A stretch of DNA of 64,000 bases from Guillardia theta CCMP2712 (Eukaryota; Protista; Cryptophyta), in the NCBI RefSeq assembly GCF_000315625.1, contig NW_005434642.1, positions 221,131-285,130 on the forward strand, given 5' to 3'. Positions 61,600 through 64,000 of this stretch are shown here, piece by piece (position 1 is the stretch's first letter; each line of letters starts with the position of its first letter). A model generated the notes under the pieces. It worked only from the letters and a program-made list of their open reading frames with translations, searched no databases and had not been told where the DNA came from. The position numbers were made by a program, and so were the translations under genes.

Positions 61600-63574
61600 C
61601 TACCTGGCGAACCCTCCTTGCACCTTGCGGTTGTTCCAGTTCAGAGTCTCCATGACACCGTTGAACCAGTCGTCCTCTCCGCCACTCCGAGCAACGAGAG
61701 GAAGCGGCCACTTGGACGTGATCACTGTGACCGACCAGCCCTGTGCATGCAGATGTGACTTGTACATGAGAGTGAGGGAGGGAGGGAGACGGGGAGAGGA
61801 ACGAGTGCTGGCGACAAGTTGGAGCAGGAGAGGAGGATGGGAGAGAGGATCAACCTTGCTCAGCGACATCGCGTTCCTTCCATCGAAGGAGCACCACGCT
61901 GAGACCGAGGAGTCCACGGGGACCTACTCACGTCTGAGCACCTTCTCTACCTCCCGGGCAGCAGACCTGGAGCCTTAACGTGACGCTGTCGGGGAACACA
62001 ATCGGCCGAAAGGAGAGGACCGAGGCGCAGATAGGAGTGAGGAGCATGCCGGGAACGTCCTGCCCTTCCTCGTCAGCTTCGTCTCTAGCTCCTCCTCATC
62101 CTCCTACCGGGTGGACCATCGAGCCTCCAGCAGCCAGCGAGTACGCTGTCGAGCCTGTCGGAGTAGCGACGATGATGCCGTCTCCTTGCGATGCACAGAC
62201 GAATCCTGAGGGGGCAGATGAATCGAGGGGAAGGCGGGGGAGGCGGAAGCGATCCGGGCTTACGGTCGTCACAGAAGCACTCGATGTTGGTCAGGTAGGG
62301 AGAGGGCCCTCGGTCCACGCTGACCTGAACCCAACGATCATCCTGGGATGTATGGAGATGTCCTCCGCGACCTCGTTCAATGTGATGAAGTCCGCGATCT
62401 TCCTTCTCATGTCATTGTGAACCGTACACCACAGACGCGTCCGGATTTCGACCTTGGCATGAGAAAGTCAGTCGGAGAGGACACACAGCCATTGTCAGCC
62501 GCACTTTCATCTCATTGCGCATCACTCTTGTAATGACCTGCAACGTTGAGAAACAACGTGAGGGTGTCTAACAAATGCACGATATGCACAAACATCGGGT
62601 TCCTTCAACAGGACAAGAGATCAGGAGAATAGATGAGAATACCTTCTTGTAATCAGAGAAATCAAAAGGAGTCAGAAACCCCAGGCTCCCCATTGCTAAA
62701 TAATATTCAGATCACCCTGCTTTGAACATCAACAAGAGAGTAATACCGAAAGAAACTATTGGAGGGCAAGGACCATTGTAAAGTCCATTGACCCACATGA
62801 TTGTCCCATCTCCCCCCAGGCATATCACAAAGTCTATCGATCGCAGAGTGTCTGGACAGTATTGATTGGCAGTACATCCAGCTGAGAGCCGATTGTCAGG
62901 ACGTTGGATGCAAGTCCATGGACAGAGCATTACGTGGTCCGAGGCTAATCAGCCATGGCAGATCAGGGAACTCGGCCTTCACTGCCGGCTCAACTGCAAC
63001 CTTTGATGTTGAAGGCTCGTCAGAAAGTGTTGAGCTGAAGAGAACGAGAACAGATGCAAGCAAAGGGAGTAAAATAACCTGAAGGTTCTTCTCATCTCGA
63101 AGGAAATGAGCAACTTCCTTCAAGGCCAGGGATAGCGGAGGAGCCTGATCATGGTTTCAGGAGTTCAGTCTTGAGGGCTGCCATTACGACATTCGGTTTC
63201 TTGATTATGAGGACCAGCTGTGGCTTCGAGTCGAAGTTGAGATTGACCTGTAACAAGCCTTCACGCGTAGGAATCGGAGGGTCTGCGCTCATACCAATCG
63301 ATTCGACTGCGAGGCCCACTCAATGTTTCCATTGTTTCGCCGCTCGTACTGGCAGTACTCGTTGTTACATTGTAGGATCTTGATCCCGGCCCCTGCAACT
63401 ACGTCACTAGTCCCCGGCAGTGCAGCATGCATCGGGAGCTCACTCTTGGCCTCCGGCTGAGCATTCATCTGGCCGCTGGGGCATCAGGCTACGAGTCAGA
63501 GCCTACAAGGAGCACAGAGCTCTGCCATCCTCTCCCAGCTCCTCATACCTCTCAAACGACCCCGAGAAGCTCAT
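61600..63574 (-). CDS. ATP-NAD kinase
   Basis: LVLIIKKP; [12 protein letters not shown]; [10 protein letters not shown]; [13 protein letters not shown]; [24 protein letters not shown]; SFRPIVFP; SFDGR; [13 protein letters not shown]. Start uncertain. Confidence 0.93.
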
Positions 63575-63840
63575 CGGTTCAATGCGTCCCCTTGACCCGC
63601 CTCCTGCTGGTCTTCGCTGCCTCAATCCTGCCCACCGTGGAGCGCTCTCAGCATGGAGGACCCTCTCGCAACACCATGCAGCGCAGCATTTGCATCGCTC
63701 GCCGTCTTCGACTTGTTCTCCTCGTCTCCTACGCCGCTGCCATGGGCTCCAATGGACGCTCAACCATGACGAGTCCTGGAACACCAGACGACGTCCCCCA
63801 CCCCCACCCCGTTCTCGAAAGCAAACTACCCGTCTACATG

Positions 63841-63913
63841 GGGGTACTTGCTTTCCCACTTCTCACCCCTGTCTCCTTATGTCTACTACCCCCACCAGTC
63901 GGTAAAGTACCCC
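63841..63913. promoter_or_regulatory. Inverted pair of the recurrent 9-mer (GGGGTACTT...AAGTACCCC) in a divergent promoter region
   Basis: Exact copies at 63841-63849 and 63905-63913; four more copies in other divergent intergenic regions. Confidence 0.5.
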
Positions 63914-63952
63914 GACGACCTTGGTGCAATGAACGTTCCAGTCGGAGATGGC

Positions 63953-64000
63953 ATGGCAGGAAGGAGCGGCGATGAGAACAGCGAGGAGAGGGAGGAGAGC
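63953..64000 (+). CDS. Probable start of a gene running off the window (MAGRSGDENSEEREES..)
   Basis: Open frame from an ATG just downstream of the promoter-like tract; too short to identify. Confidence 0.3.
   Translation, partial: MAGRSGDENSEEREES

Overview
Gene-dense, intron-rich eukaryotic nuclear DNA. Most introns are about 43-55 nt, many longer ones are filled with GA/CT microsatellites, and there are two 100-N scaffold gaps. The style suggests a cryptophyte alga such as Guillardia theta (inference, not proven). About 19 complete or near-complete protein genes can be assembled by hand, mostly in divergent pairs: PPR+S4+RluD pseudouridine synthase (-), hypothetical (+), FHA protein (-), small TM protein (+), WD40 (-), Cys-rich Hedgehog-type Hint/Hog protein (-), ZIP transporter (+), HDHD3-like HAD hydrolase (+), TOR kinase (-), INTS11/CPSF3L (+), P1B Cu-ATPase (+), SP-RING SUMO-ligase-like protein (-), ELMOD (-), ARP2 (+), CTD small phosphatase (+), MINDY deubiquitinase (-), SCL-type SR protein (+), PKD2-like channel (-), EMC1 (+), SNF2/BRM-type remodeler (-) and NAD kinase (-). 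No rRNA, tRNA or CRISPR is visible. Most notable: (1) a Hedgehog-like autoprocessing protein with an unrecognised 10-Cys N-domain; (2) a PPR-pseudouridine synthase fusion with a signal peptide; (3) a candidate autoregulatory poison-exon intron in the SR gene; (4) a 9-mer (AAGTACCCC) seen only in divergent promoter regions; (5) a 1.2-kb GC-rich palindrome-dense island; (6) a PKD2 homologue lacking the LGD filter. Exon boundaries were inferred manually, so gene ends are approximate where stated.
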